From a virus (Duplodnaviria > Caudoviricetes), in IMG/VR virus record IMGVR_UViG_3300049857_000028, positions 7,023-71,022 of that record: a stretch of 64,000 nt of DNA. One strand, given 5' to 3'. The position numbers were made by a program, and so were the translations under genes. Positions within the stretch are counted from its first letter, which is position 1. Each line of letters opens with the position of its first letter. The notes beneath the pieces were generated by a model. It was not told where the DNA came from and ran no database searches. It worked only from the letters and a program-made list of their open reading frames with translations. Shown here piece by piece: positions 63,892 to 64,000 of the stretch.

Positions 63892-64000
63892 ACCCAAGAC
63901 CCAAGACCCAAGACCCAAGACCCAAGACCCAAGACCCAAGACCCAAGACCCAAGACCCAAGACCCAAGACCCAAGACCCAAGACCCAAGACCCAAGACCC
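63892..64000. repeat. Perfect heptamer tandem array (ACCCAAG)n, at least 15 units, running off the window
   Basis: Directly visible. Confidence 0.97.

Noticed and set aside
63790-63981. ORF encoding (LGSWVLG)n
   Set aside because: A translation of the heptamer array, with no RBS and an abnormal composition.
1-64000. Stop-codon reassignment or tRNA genes
   Set aside because: Core genes are intact under the standard code, using TAA, TAG and TGA as stops. No cloverleaf or T-loop consensus was seen by eye; tRNAscan-SE or ARAGORN would be decisive.

Overview
An AT-rich tailed dsDNA phage genome segment, most likely a siphovirus (tail tube and tape measure genes present, no sheath gene). No integrase, reverse transcriptase, CRISPR array or tRNA was recognised. 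There are three blocks. (1) 1-26.3 kb, + strand: DNA replication and nucleotide metabolism (PolA, RuvC, PD-(D/E)XK nuclease, ATP-dependent ligase, dNMP kinase, SSB-like protein, SF2 helicase, MazG-like, ThyX, primase-helicase, class II RNR with a PduO-type adenosyltransferase, 5'-nucleotidase). (2) 26.2-57.4 kb, - strand: packaging, head and tail genes. (3) 57.4-58.4 kb, an iteron-rich non-coding switch region, followed by 58.4-63.5 kb of small + strand genes, several preceded by a conserved ~60-bp repeat, then palindromes and a heptamer tandem array at the window edge. The most unusual observations are: a large terminase split into separate ATPase and nuclease genes 4.4 kb apart; a circularly permuted patatin inside that gap; a neck protein with out-of-order motifs; direct-repeat-bounded gene cassettes; a promoter-driven structured non-coding region; a duplicated Cys-rich tail domain; and apparent CCWGG avoidance. 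All family assignments come from motif recognition by eye, not from database searches.
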